From Lama glama (lineage: Eukaryota), in the NCBI GenBank assembly GCA_028534125.1, contig CM052817.1:78184001-78248000 (forward strand): a DNA stretch of 64,000 nt, read 5' to 3'. Below are positions 49,504 to 63,300 of this stretch, piece by piece. Every line of letters starts with the position of its first letter. Positions within the stretch are counted from its first letter, which is position 1. Below the pieces are notes generated by a model. It ran no database searches and had not been told where the DNA came from. It saw only the letters and a program-made list of their open reading frames with translations. A program made the position numbers and the translations under genes.

Positions 49504-50751
49504 GTAGAGAGGAAGAAAAAAACCTCACACTTCAAAAGCAACTATTATGGCCCCGGTGCAGCAAGAGGTACTTTACACATATTACTTTATTAAATCTTCA
49601 CATCCTATGAGGTGTGTAGAATTTCAGCTATATTAAGTCATCTGCTGAAGTCACCTATGTATAAATGATATAGTCAGAATTTGAACCTAGGTTTATCTTA
49701 CACTAAATGTCTTCTACTTTAAGTTAAACCTTAATTTCAGAAAGTAAAAACTTTTAGAGAATAATACCACATTTTCAATGATCAAAGTTTAAAGAACAAA
49801 AGATTACCCAATAAGAGTTTTTTTTAAGATTATAAGTTAAAAAATAAAGTTTGTAAAAAAAAATTTGGTCATGTTTCTAGAGAGAGGATGTAGTTTGGCA
49901 GTGACTTGGCAGTCTCTCTGTCTGACTGACAAGGAGCAGCTGGTGGTGGTCTTTTCTGGAAATTACCATGCGCTCAGTACCTTGGACATCTCCACAATGC
50001 ATTGTTTGTAGCTTATGCTACTGTGCACATCAGCATTGTTCTAGGGAATGAGTAGTTCTATTCCTTTCCATCCTTTAACCAAAAAGCAGGATATTATCAC
50101 TATCATCTGAAATTATTGTTTCTATATCCTGAAGGAGGCATTTGACAATATTTCTTAAATAACTATACAGCTTGAGTAAAGGTGACTGTCCAGAAATATA
50201 ATTCGCTTTATTTAAAATAAACAGCACTCCCTTCCCAGCAACACTTCTTAACTCATATCACTTATTTTTCTCCACAGCACTTATCACCAACATGGTATGT
50301 ATTTTACTTGATAGCTTGTCTACCTCCCACAATTAGAACATAAGCTACACAAAGGGAGACATTTCCACCCTTTTTCGTCGTGCCTAGAATATCTTCTATG
50401 CCTAGAACAGGCATGTCACTGGCCACAGTGACTAGAATTTAGGTGAATGAATATGACTTAGTGGTTCCAGGGCAGTTCTTTAGGTGCTATATAGAATATT
50501 TCTTATTTAATCTGCAATCACTTTCCAAATGTTACCCTTACCAGCTTTGGCTGGTGTATGAAGTCATGTTTCATATTTACAAGATGTTTATATTTCTGTT
50601 TTGTGGATTTCCACTAATTACAAGTGTACTGAAGCCATGAATATATCATTTAAAAATCTGATAGGATTAAAGTGGAAACACAATAAATGAGGTGGTTGTT
50701 ATTTTTTTAAAAAAAATAATGGCATTGGGGTTTTTTGTTGTTACTGTTCTT

Positions 50752-51759
50752 TTATTTTTTAACATTTTTTAATTAAGTTATAGTCACTCCACAATGCTGT
50801 GTCAGATTCCAGTGTAGAACACAATCTTCCAGTTACACATGAACATACATATATTCATTGTCACATTCTCCTTCACTGTGAGCCACCACAAGATCCAGCA
50901 CATATTTCCCTGTGCTATACAGTACAATCTTGTCTATCTATTCTACATTTTGAAATCCCAGTCTGTCCCTTCCCACCCCCAATCCTGCTGGCAACGACAA
51001 GTATTCTATGTCTATGGGTCTGCCCACTTGAACAAACCGATTACTAGAAATCGAATCGAATTAGCAATAAAAAAAACCTCCCTACAAATAAAAGTCCAAG
51101 ACCAGACGGCTCCACCAGGGAATTCTACCAAACATACAAAGAACTCATTCCTTCTCAAACTCTTCCAGAAGATTGAAAAAGAGGGAATACTCCCAAACTC
51201 ATTCTATGAAGCCACCATCACCCTGATACCAAAACCAGGCAAAGACACCACCAAAAAAGAGAATTAGAGACCAGTATCACTGATGAACATAGATGCAAAA
51301 ATCCTTACCAAAATACTAGCAAATAGAATCCAACAGCACATACAAAAGATTATACATCATGACCAAATGGGGTTCATCCCAGGGACGCAAGGGTGGTTCC
51401 ACATATGCAAATCAATCAATGTAATACATCACATCAACAAAAGAAAGGACAAAAACCACATGATCATCTCAATAGAGGCAGAAAAAGCTTTTGATAAAAT
51501 TCAACACCCATTTATGATAAAAACTCTCACCAAAGTGGGTATAGAGGGAACATATCTCAACATCATAAAAGCTATATATGACAAACCTACAGCCAGCATA
51601 GTACTCAACGGCGAAAAACTCAAAAGCTTCCCACTAAAATCTGGGACAAGACAAGGCTGCCCACTATCACCCCTCCTATTCAACATAGTCCTGGAAGTCC
51701 TAGCCACAGCAATCAGGCAAGAGAGCGAAATAAAAGGGATCGAAATTGGAAAAGAAGAG
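50752..51759 (-). mobile_element. Young inverted and internally deleted LINE-1 carrying an ORF2 reverse-transcriptase fragment
   Basis: 3' UTR on - (about 50752-51022); ORF2 on + (ORFs 50839-51267 and 51283-51795 share a frame, one TAG between them; [21 protein letters not shown]); 15-bp TSD with one mismatch. Confidence 0.95.
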
Positions 51760-52639
51760 GTTGTTATTGTTCTTGAATCTGTTTCAGATTCTTAAAAAAT
51801 ACAAATGTGAAAAAAAAAACTTTATAGTCCCCATCTTGTAAGACAAAACAAAACAAAACAAAACTCACAGGTAGAATAGAAGTGGGAGCCCTTGGGCTGT
51901 GTTCACATTGCTTATCTGCACCCAGCTGCACTTCTCGCAGCTCCTTGCGGGACTGACCTCGTTCTCTCAAGGTGCTGCTCTGCTGGTGAGAGAGGACACA
52001 GCTCTTAGACCAGGCAGCTCCGTAATGGAAATAATCACCAACAGATGGTGATAATCTGTTACCAGCCTAATGGAGATCCCTAAAGATAGGCTGGGAAGTG
52101 AAGTTTTCACTAAAGGACACTTGCTACTCAAGTACAAGGTGAATAAACAGAATATCCGGTACAGCTGGAAGGGAGGCTGCTTCTGATTAGAGAGGAGGAC
52201 TGCACGGCCGCTCTAAGCTCCAGTGGCAGAAGTCACTCTACATCAATTTCTGTGTCTACTCTTGATTTTTAGCCTTGTTGACGATTCAGCCACTTACCCC
52301 TCTGTTTCCTGAGCGCTGGATGTGCTTAGTGACAGCTGTTGGGTCAAAGGCACCTAACACATGTGGACACATACACCTTGGCCTGTCTGGGAGAATTCAT
52401 GTTCTTCACTTCAGGCTTTTAGACAGGGATCAAGGGTCAAGACTGCTGAGGACTGATTTCTTTGCTCATCCTCATGGTGGGATGTATATAACCTGGATCT
52501 TATTAAGATATGGGAGTTTTTAAAGGGGCTTTTTATTTATGTGGTTTCATAGTTAGCCGGCTACTGCCTGTTATGGACAATAATAAATGTCACTTAATTA
52601 GAAACACCATGAACTAAGAATGCTGGATATAAACATGCT

Positions 52640-52795
52640 ACTCAAAAAGCAGTCCATGGATAAGCATCATCTGGGAACTCACTAAAAATGCAGAATTTCA
52701 GCTCCAACCCAGAAAAACTCAATTGGAACCTGCATTTTTTCCCCCAAGATCTCCAGGTCACAGGTAGGTACATTAAAATATAAGAAGTATTACCC
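52640..52795. mobile_element. MER5A-like hAT MITE
   Basis: catcatctgggaactcactaaaaatgcagaatttcag..cctgcattttt. Confidence 0.7.
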
Positions 52796-53811
52796 TGATT
52801 GTGTGGTATCTTCACATGAGCATTCCAAATCACACAGAGAATCCTAAAGAATAAGCTGTGTACAGTACAAGGGTGAAATGAAATACATGCCGTGATGTTG
52901 GAGTGGATATCACTCTCATAATGAGACGAGAGGAACTTACCAAGGGTCAGTTCTGGGCAACAGAAGGCTGTGAAGGAACAACCACAACACAGCTGTATAT
53001 CTCTCGTAGAGAAATGAGTCCAGCTTTTCAGCTTAGCTCTGATCCTCATTAGCAGTTGATAATAAGTTCACAGATGAGGTCCCCTTGTAATGGCCAGTGG
53101 GTGAAAAGAGTGACATTTTGACAGTGTTTGGGAAACTTTACCACGTAAGGCCAGGTGATCAAAGGATAATGCCGGTGTCTGAAGACCCCCATTAGCTCAC
53201 TCTGCAGGTCACCGGTCCATCCCTTCAGGCAGCAAATTCACTCGAACCTTTAAATGAAGTCATGGAAACTATGATAGATTTTTCTAACCACTCTGCCATT
53301 TCCTTCAGCAGCAACATGACTGTAAAGACTGATGAGTCATACGCTGCAAAGCGAACAAATAGAGGTTGTATGTGAGTGTGTGGGGGTCTGGATAGAGGGC
53401 CAGACAGCAGAGAGCCCAGTCCCAGGCCAGCAGGTTTCTACCTTCAGCCAGCTCAAGTCTTACCTACAGGCAGCATGTGAATAATTAGGTAGTTAGGCTC
53501 GCCTCTGTGGTCTCTGAAAACAGTAAGAGTACAGTGCTAACCGCCACTATAGAAAAGGTTACATAACCTTTGGTATTTAGAAATAACTTAAAACCAGACA
53601 GCAAAAAATGACATAACATGCTCCCTTCCATCCCTAATCATGGCTTTAATACTGTGGGCAAAAAAGTGCTCTGCATTCTCTATTTTCTGTACCAGAAGCA
53701 CTAGAGTTCTGGGTTGATGCCTAGCCCAAATTAGATACTGGGTTTGTAAATTAAAATAGATGGAGTCATGGAAGGATCAATTGTTAATGCATTTTTTAAA
53801 AGATACTATAG

Positions 53812-54178
53812 AGTTGGTAGGGGCTGAGTGTTTGTGTTCTCCCAAAATTCATATGTTGCAGCCTTAACCCTGTGTGGTAGTATTTGGAGGTGGGGTCATT
53901 GGGGGGCAATCAGATTTATACGAGGTCGTGAGGGTGGAGACCCCCTGATGGCGTCAGTGTCTTTATAAGAATAAGCAGAGACCAGGGCTCTCACTCTCTC
54001 CACCATGTGAGGACACAGCGTAAAGGCGGCCATTTGCGAGAGGGTTCTCACCAGGACCTACCATGCAGACACCCTGACCTCAGACTTCCAGCATCCAGTA
54101 CTGTGAGAAATAGATGTTTGTTTTTTAAACCACCGAATCCATGGTATTTCATTATGGCAGCCCGAGCTAACTAAAACA
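53812..54178 (+). mobile_element. MLT1A-like solo LTR
   Basis: cccaaaattcatatgttg..cagacttccagcatccagtactgtgagaaatag..gcagcccgagctaactaaaaca. Confidence 0.9.
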
Positions 54179-55729
54179 ATGGTGTAAATTAAAAAATATG
54201 TGCATTGGTGTGTACGTAATTAATCTGTTATTTTTTTGCTAATTAAAGACATTGTCTTAATTGGAAAGCCAGCTTACTATTATTAGGTAGCCACTTCAGC
54301 ATATTATTTCTTGAAAATACACTTTCCTTTCCTTCTCTAACAAGAAGCATTATGTTTAGCCAAGAGAAAGACTATATCCAAAACATCCAGACATTTTCCA
54401 CTATTTGCCACTAGTGTTGGTGATCTCCTGGTACCTGCATTTCTGTCAATGAGGACATTGGTTGGTGCTTCTTTTGGGAAGATTCTAAAGCCCCTGTCCC
54501 CTCTCTTTTCATCACTGATAAAAGTGAATTTGTTTAAAATTTGTTTGAAATACTGAAAAAGTATAATATGTTATTGTGGCTTAGGGAGTGATGACAAAGT
54601 AAAATATTTATATATTTATAAAATGTTATGACAATACTTGATTTCTTTGCTGACTAATACTATATTTTTTTTACTGATTTTCTGACTTGAATTTTCTACA
54701 TTATTCTTGTACCTACACCCAGTGTGGATTTTAAATACACAAAGGCATGGCAAACAGCATTACCCAAGACAAATGAGATTTGATTATCCTGATTAACACT
54801 AGGGGGCACATAATCTTGCATACATCTAGAATGATTATATCACAAGAATAATAATGACAGCCTTAGCATACACTTTACAAGTGCATCTAGGTGCGCTGTA
54901 TGATGTAATCCCAACACCATTTGTGTCAGTGTGTATTTGTGTTATTGCCGTGGTGTTTTTCCTAAGTCTGAGAGAAGCTAATCTCTGCTACAAATGCTCT
55001 TATCTATTATACAGTATTTTTGATATATTAATGCTATTGATATCAATAACGTTAATATATGCTACCAAGAAAATGATTTTGTGACACTATTTGGAGATTT
55101 TTTAGAAGTGGCCTGAGCAATCCAAAAGAAGAAACCATCAAGAATAGACCATTAGGTTTTTTGTTTCCCCTCCCCAAGTTCAAAAGGAAACCTGGTAATG
55201 TATCTTTTCAAACTAATATTAAGGGAAACAAGTTTTAGAGCATGCGTTTTTAAAGAGGAGGGGAAAATGTAACATTGACACTGCTCTACCTCTAACCTTT
55301 CTTAATTTTTAAAAATTTCAACAGTGATGTGAACAAGTAGTACAACTTCTATTTGAGATAAATGTGACTCTAGTCTGTGTGAAACACAACAGAGAAAGGG
55401 AAACGAATAAATTCTATGTTCCTATGGTGTTCAGACTGACGCCATAAATCTAGTTGACATAGTTGGTCTTGCATACAAATAGAGACCACGAAATATTCAC
55501 TGCAAAGTCATTATATACACTTACAATTTTTTACAATATTCAATATTTAATGCTGTATACTTTGAATATTATAACATTCAACAGCAAAATAAATGAGTAT
55601 TTTATTTATGCAGATATTCAGCAACATCTTATTTTATTTCCCTTTTGTTTTTAATTATTCTCTTATGTGGGTTGGGAAAGAGTTGATTGGGAAAAAATGC
55701 TTTGGTTTAATTTCCTGAGCTTGTTTTCC

Positions 55730-57000
55730 ATATAATAGTAACCAGTGTTATGTGAAAAAAATAAAATAAAGAGCAAACAAACAAGCAAAACCCCTCCAAA
55801 TTTAGTAGCTCATGGATTCTTTGGGGCAGCAATTTAGACGAACACATTGAGGCTGGCTTGTCTCTGCATCATGATATCTGGGGCTCAGCTGGGAAGATGT
55901 AAAGGTTGGGTGTGACTTGATGGCTAGATTCATGTGGAAGTGTCTTCACTCCCATGTCATGTGGTTAATGCTGACTGTCAACTGGGGCTCCAGTTGGACT
56001 GTGAGTCGAACATCCACACACGACCTCTCCATGTGGACTGATTTGGGTTTTGTCACAGTATGGCAGGAGAGAGAGTCCAAAGAGAACCAGGTAGAAGCTG
56101 TGTCATCTTTTATGAACTGGCCTTAAAAGTCGTATAACATTCAAAGCACTTCACTTGTGTTAACTCATTTCATCCTAAGAACACACAGTGGCAGTGAGAT
56201 GTTGCCCGGGAATGCAGTCATCTGAAAGTTTACCTGGGCAGAAGATCCTAGATGGCTTCCTCACCTAGCTGGCAGTGAGTACCAGCAGTCAGCTGTGAGC
56301 TTTGCTAGGCTGAGGTCTGGAGAACCCAGCAGTGACTTTTCAAGCTTTATGGTCTTACCTCTTACATGAAAGTGTCAAGAAGACCCTGTGGGATCTTCAT
56401 TCCTTTTTACAGCTGAATAATGACCCCAGAAGGATGTTCACATCCTAATCCCTGTAAGTTGTGAATACATTACCTTATTGTGGAAAAAGGAAATTTGCAG
56501 ATGTGATTAGTTAAGAATTTTGTTATAAGGAGATTACCCTGGATTATGGATGGGTGCTGAATGTAATCACAAAGGTTTTTACAAGGGAGGCAAGGGATCA
56601 AAGGTGGATAAAGAGGATGAGATGATGGAGGTTAGAGTGATGTGCTTTGAACATGGGAAAAGAGAACATGAGCCAAGGAATATGGATAATTCTAGAAGCT
56701 AGAAAAGGTGAGGAAACAGATTCTCCCCTAGAAATTACAGAGAATGCTTACCTCAGCCCAGTGAAATTAGTTTTGGATCTCTGACCTCCTGTGTTGTCTT
56801 AAGCCTCCAAGTTTACAGTGATTTGTCCCAGCAGTAATAGAAAATGAACACATCAGTATAACTTCCAAAGTCACACAGTGTCATTTTTGCTGGATTCTAT
56901 TGGTTCTGAATGAATCAGAAGCTTCCAGATTCAAGGGAAACAAACACAGACCCCACCTAGAAATGGAAGTAATGCCTTAGAATTTGCAGCTATGTTTTAC
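55730..57000. mobile_element. Nested MLT1 LTRs: an MLT1D-like element (+, about 56410-56852) inside older MLT1 fragments (-)
   Basis: gaataatgacccc..catcctaatccctg..gcagtaatagaaaatgaacaca interrupts minus-strand MLT1 text. Confidence 0.7.
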
Positions 57001-60000
57001 ACTGGAATACTTACAAATAATAATAACATTGACCATGAATGACATAGACTGTAGACTATCAACCCGATTATCATCATACCAGTAACAATTAGAAATATTA
57101 ATAACATCATGAATAACATGGACCTTAGTCTATCAACTGATTATTCTTGAATTTAGTTTGAACATCATTTTTCTCACAGCACCTATACTTTCTGGATTAG
57201 TGGTTTTCAACTGTTTTGGAAAGAGAACACCTGTAAGTCTGGATAGCCTTTATAGAAAATAACACAGCAAGTTCCTTAACTTTCTCTAAAGCTCAGTTTT
57301 CTCAATTGTAAAATCTGTATAATAATTAGTAACTCAGAGTTTTGTTGTGCAAAATGAAGACAACATTCCTAGGAGAGCCTTTGTACATACGTGATCAGAT
57401 TAAAATCTTCAGAGTAGAAATTGGGGCCACCAGTGATGCATGGAAAGGAAAGATGATGTCTTCCTCTCACCTGAGGCAAACATGGCTGGGGGTTGTCATG
57501 AAATTTATACTGATAACAGGGAGGAGTGTAGTCGGTCAGTCGAAGGAGTCAAGGTCTGAGGTTCCCATTCATTTTGCGGTCTTGTAGCCTCTAGGACACT
57601 GCTCCTCCCATCAGCATGAGGCAGCGTAGAAGTGAGCCCAGATGAAACACTCTAGCCCCTGGGTCCTTTCTTCACCTTAGTGTCCTCTCAGTTTCTAGAT
57701 CCATCTGGGTGGCTTTTCATCCATTTATTGTTAATACCCAGTGTTACTTCTGGATCACATAGTATCATCTCCGCTTCGTTCATCTTCTTTGCGTTTATCA
57801 GTCAGTTTTTGTCATTGTTGCTGTGGTTTTACTTCTAAAACTATGTGAGATACCTAAACATGGCCATTTAAGTTTCATCCTGATTTTTGCTCTTGTAGTT
57901 TCAGCTGATTCAACTGAACTAAACTTCTCTCACAGAAAACCAAGCTATCATTTTCTGAAAACCATTCAATGTGCCTGGAATTTAATTTAAGAAGAGAAAT
58001 AATGCTCTGTAACCTTCAACAGTAGAACAGAAGAGTGTATCTGTTTCTCATCTATTGATTGTCTTCAGTTAAACATATTAACATGTTATTCTTGGTGCTC
58101 GAGATTGCTGTAACAGCAAGATGTTACTCATTTTCTCACCTAACTTGTTAGACCATTTAGGCATCCTTAATCGCACTACTCCGTCAACTTAAATCACATC
58201 AAGGAGTTGTCAGTTGAAACTTTAGGCTCAAGAGTTTACATCGGTTTCTAAACTAACCCCAGGATCAGTGTTAGAAAATGAACTACAATTGAGAAGAAAG
58301 AGAACAGAAAATAAATTGCTCTCAATTTTAAAACACTTAATTAAAAAATACCTAACTTGTTAAATTAAAATATTTTCTTTTGCAGGACTTCTATGTGTTA
58401 ACCATTTTTGTTCGTACTTGCACTGATAACTGAAGTCACTAACACATAGTAAGTGCTTACTCTATGCCACTCATTAGCACTTTACATATAATATTGTTTA
58501 TTCCTCAAAGAAATTCATTATAAGTGACCTTCCTCAAGTCACATAGCTGAGTGGCAAAGCCTGGATTACACCCTGGATGACCGTAGTCTGAGCTATAAAG
58601 CACTAGACTGTGATGCCCATTGCCTCTGGATATAATTTCAAAAACATTTAAAATAAACTCTTACTAGTAAATAAGAACTTACTTGACCAGAAGAGTGTTT
58701 ATGTCTTAGCTATTCATTTTGATTTGAGGTCCTTAAGAAAATAGGTATAAACTTGCAGGTCACAGGCTGTGTCCAACCTGTGGATGTATTTTGTTTGGCC
58801 CAAGAAGCACTGTAAAATCTTTAAATTGGTAGATAGTGTTTGAAAATAAAAAGAATACATATAAAATCTGGATTTCTATCTTCCTTTGAAAAATCAGAAG
58901 ATTTATCCTTAAATCTGGGAAATTATCTTTTAGAAGAATATATTGGTGTTTTATAACTACATCCAGGGAAGAGAAGGGAAAAAATGTGGAATATTTAATA
59001 ATATGTTTACTCTTGAGATTGAAGGATGCTTATGATTGCACCACTCTGAATTCTCCACCCCTCCAACACCCATTGATCAGAAGGCTTGACATAAATTTTT
59101 GAAGTGACCCTGTGAACTGGGATACCTAGATTCCAAATGATTAGTAACATTTGCTTTGAATCTTTTAAAACCTTTATTCAGCTAATAGTTGGGCTTTTAA
59201 AAAGTACCTCTGAAAAATTAAGTACTTTTGCTTCACTTTCTGTAAATAAAAACAGTTCCATCAGGTAGCCATCTGTTACATCAGAAATCAATACATTCTG
59301 TCTAATTTGTCTTTGTTATTTCCAGGGTCAGCTTCCTTCATCTTCAATTATTGAGTCTTAGTGTGATAGACAACAGAGTCAAGTGTTACGGCCATTACCC
59401 AGAAAGTCTGTTTCTTAAGGAGGAATACAGGGCACATAATATCCTTAAATATGCCCAGCCTTCTCTAACTAAGCTAAATAGTTTAAAGTTTCTATAACAT
59501 TTGAGGTTCAGGATAGCAGATTTCAACCTTTTCAAAATACAGTGTATTAAATCTTAGAGCGCATGTGCCATAACATCACTTTCATGACACAAAGTAAAAT
59601 ATTTCATATGCTTGGCAGAAGAACTGGGAATAAAATGGTACATTGAAATATTTTAATGGATTAAAAACTACCTCTCTCAGCAACTCACCATACACACAGG
59701 TACATAAACAGGTACAAAAGGTCACTGTATTTTGCACACACATACATGCACAACCTGGTTGTCTAAAAGATTTGCAAAGTTCAGAAGAGTACCAAGATAT
59801 AAAAGGGATGGCAGGACAGGGGACATTCTGAGTCAACAGGGCAGATAAGAAATCACAGAAGACTGTGTGCTTAATGATTACAGACCAAATGGTAAATATT
59901 TTAATATATTCAGTATTATCATAATTCTGCTTACATCCCAGTGCCGCTGTATGAGCCTTCAGGCTATCATTCAGAACATATTGATTTCTAGTCTATACTT

Positions 60001-62159
60001 AATTCACACAATATTGGAAATTTGATTCCTCAAATCATAACAAATTAGAAGCAGTGGATCACAAGTCCCTGGCTACCTTAAGAGTCAAACTGTTAGCAGA
60101 AGACTGACCCTGGGAATAAACAGAATTATTTTACATTTGAATTTAGAATAATTCTGACTGATTTTAGTATGTAATACTTAAGAATCAAAGAAAAAAATCA
60201 AAAGTTACAATTTTTCAACTGATTACTTCAAAAATATACATACTAATCCTAGAAAATTCACTAATATAATTTTTCCCAAAATGCTGAACATGTGAGACAT
60301 TGGTGCATTTGATTTCCTTTGTTTCTCTGTATAGTATATTTTAGTATTCATTTATGTGGTCCAAATTATAAAGAGCTATTTGGAACCCACATTCCAAAAT
60401 ATTCTGTTAAAGGCAAGACATCCACTACTAGACTTTTAGAAAACAGTGATTCAGTTAGCAGTCGTCGTTTTAACATTCACACTGCTCTGTGGTGTATACT
60501 GTGAGATATGTTTCTGAGATATCTTGTTATTATACAGAAATGATTACAGTTTTTAGTTGAATTACTCTGCCTCACCAAGAAGTAAAAGATAAATTAAGGA
60601 CATTATTTCATTTTAAGACATGTACTGTTAATATTAACAATATTATTATTTCAAGAAAGTAGTTGATAGTTAAAATGGATACTTGTACTTTTCGTAGCTA
60701 AAATTATTTGTGGTTTTTTTTGCAAGTTCTTGATTGTAGAAAATTAATAATATTTGTTAGGGAGGATGAGAGTAACAACAGCACGTATGATGTGTTATTA
60801 GTGGTGATCAGCAGCAAATCAAAGCTAGAACCTTATAAACAAGAAACAAAAGGGAGGGGGGCTCTATTCCTTAAGTTGAAAGTAGGAGCCTCTTTGCTGA
60901 ACGCTTATCTTAGACCTATCATCCTCAGGCTTTTGTTTTTATAAATGTAATTATAATAAATTGGTTCTGAATACCTATTTGACCATGATTACATTAAATG
61001 ATTAATATTATTTTAAGAAAAATTGATGACAATTAGTGAAACTTAATATGAGGAGGAAATTGAAAGAGAATACAAGTTTTATATGCCATATATTTATTTT
61101 ATAAAATATTATAAAATATGAACTTTAGCTTATATTGTTTTACTTCCATGCCTCTTTGATTTTGCCATATTTTGTTAAATCAGTGTGTGAATCACAAAAT
61201 ACATCAACTCTCATTTCTCTTTATGTTTTTATGTTGACATAATGTATGCTGATTATATGGAAAATAACTAGTAATAAAGTCTGAGATTTTTTAATGCTAT
61301 TGATTGCTGAGATTAATCCTGAACATGATCTGAAGCAGTAATTTTCACTTCCTTATCAGCAATCCTGTAAGATTCTTGGGAAGACTCCTAAATCTGCTGC
61401 CATAGTCCTAACATGAAATTAAGATGCAAATAGTTATCAGTCACCATGAGGTTAATGATCACCGTGAGGATATATTGAGTAGAGATGGAATGGAGCGTGA
61501 TCCCACCAATGGTAACAGACTCTGTCCTCATACTTCACAGGATGTCCTCTGTCAAGGTCTTACCAGACCCTGTTTTCTTAATACATTTCTTTTATTGGGA
61601 GGAGTGCCTTTCACCACCCGCCGTGGCTACTGTTTGTTTAATACCCACACCGTGCTTGGTGCTGTAGGTTTCATCTCTCACTTACACCACAGTTCTGCCA
61701 GGTAAGTGTTACTAGCTCCATTTTACAGATGAAAGGTTGTTTGCTTAATTAACTGACATCACCTCACAATTCCTAGACCTTGGAAAAAATAATGATTGAT
61801 TTATTTAATAAGTCGCTGACTCAATGTTACACATTTTATAACCCCAAGTCCCTCCCTATCCATTCATCAAAACCTACCCACCTCACAAGGTTCTCGGGAG
61901 AGAAGTCATTTGACAGTCTGCCGGTGATTCCCACGAGCAGAGGTGTTTCCTAGAACCGAAGCAGCCATGCACTTTGTGTACAGCACTCATATGCCTCTTA
62001 CATTCTTCTGCCTCATATTTTACCAGTTGGTGGTTTTCATTTTCTCCTGATCTTAAAGGGCCGTGACAGTGCATGTAATAGTCGGGGGCTGGTCAGGGAA
62101 ACCGGACCCCTCTAGACGGTTCAACAGGAAGTGCTTAAATAAAAGGAGATAGAGGCTTG

Positions 62160-62470
62160 TGAGCGGAGGTCGAGTGAGTGTCAGAGGGGCCACTTTTACC
62201 CAGTTCGAAACTGCCGAGACCACAGGAAAACCACCACCAACTGCCAATAGTGTCAAAGCGAACAATCCTCAGCAAGACTCCCGAACTCCAAGCACGCACC
62301 CAGGCCGCAGGACGAAGCCCGCACCCCGACCGCAGCCGCCGCTCGCAGGGTCACGCCGCGTCCCCTCAGCGGCTCCGCAGGCCCCCGCCAGGGCCGCTCG
62401 CCGTCAGAGGCCTCCGGAGCCTGCCGGCCAGGGGGCCTGGGAACGCACTTCCCCGGCTTTCACCCTTCAG
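62160..62470. promoter_or_regulatory. Small CpG island, candidate promoter
   Basis: Abrupt GC- and CpG-rich stretch (ccgcagccgccgctcgc, cacgccgcgtc, cccccgcc GC box) in otherwise CpG-depleted DNA; not recognisable as a repeat. Confidence 0.6.
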
Positions 62471-62519
62471 TGTGAGCAGGGCTTAGAAAGATGAGGATAT
62501 TCGTACCAAGGCATGATAT

Positions 62520-63300
62520 GTGGCCCAGTGTCACTTTTTGAAAAAATTGAACAGCAGAGATTTATTGCCGCAGTTCTGGAGGCTAGAAGCTGAAATCAAG
62601 GTGTTGACCGAGCTGCCTCTTTCTGAGGACTGTGCCAGGGAATCCGCTCCAGGCCTCTCACCCAGCTCCTCGTGGCTCGCTGGCAGTCTTTGGTGCTTGT
62701 TGGCTCGTAGAAGCAGCACCCTAACCTCTGTCTTCATCTTCACATAGCTTTCTCCCTGTGTGCATGTTTGTGTCCAAATTTCCCCTTTTTCTAGGAGGTC
62801 AGTTTTATTGGGCTCACCCTAATGACCTCATTTTAACTTGACCACCTCTGTAAAGACCTATCTCCAAATAAAGTCTCATTTTAGAGGGTTAGGACTTCCA
62901 AGATACGAATTTTAGGGAGGATACAGGTCAACCCATAGCAGTTATCTACTACTATGTAACAAATTACTCTAAAATTTAGTGTCTTAAATAAATAATGTAT
63001 TATCTCCCATGGTTTCTGTGAGTCAGGAGTTTGGGAGCAACGTGGCTAGACAGTTTTGGCTTGAGATCCCTCATGAGTTTGCCGTCAGATAACAGTCAGG
63101 GCTGCAGTCATCTTAAGGCTTGGCTGGGCTTGAGGGATCCACTTTCAAGGTGACTCACTCACATGGCTACTGGCAGGACGTCCCAGTTCCACTCCACCTA
63201 GACCTGTCCACAGGGTTGCCTGAGCGTCTGGGCAGCATGGTGGCTGACTTCCCCCAGAGCTAAGGATCCGAGAGACCAAGATGGAAGTTACCGTGCCACT
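62520..63300 (-). mobile_element. Two adjacent MLT1 LTRs
   Basis: cagttctggaggctagaagctgaaatcaagg..acaggtcaacccatagca, then tgtaacaaattactctaaaatttagtg..gtggctgacttcccccagagc. Confidence 0.8.

Noticed and set aside
62159..62494. Pro/Arg/Ala-rich ORFs in the CpG island
   Set aside because: Expected by chance in GC-rich DNA; no ATG start and no recognisable domain
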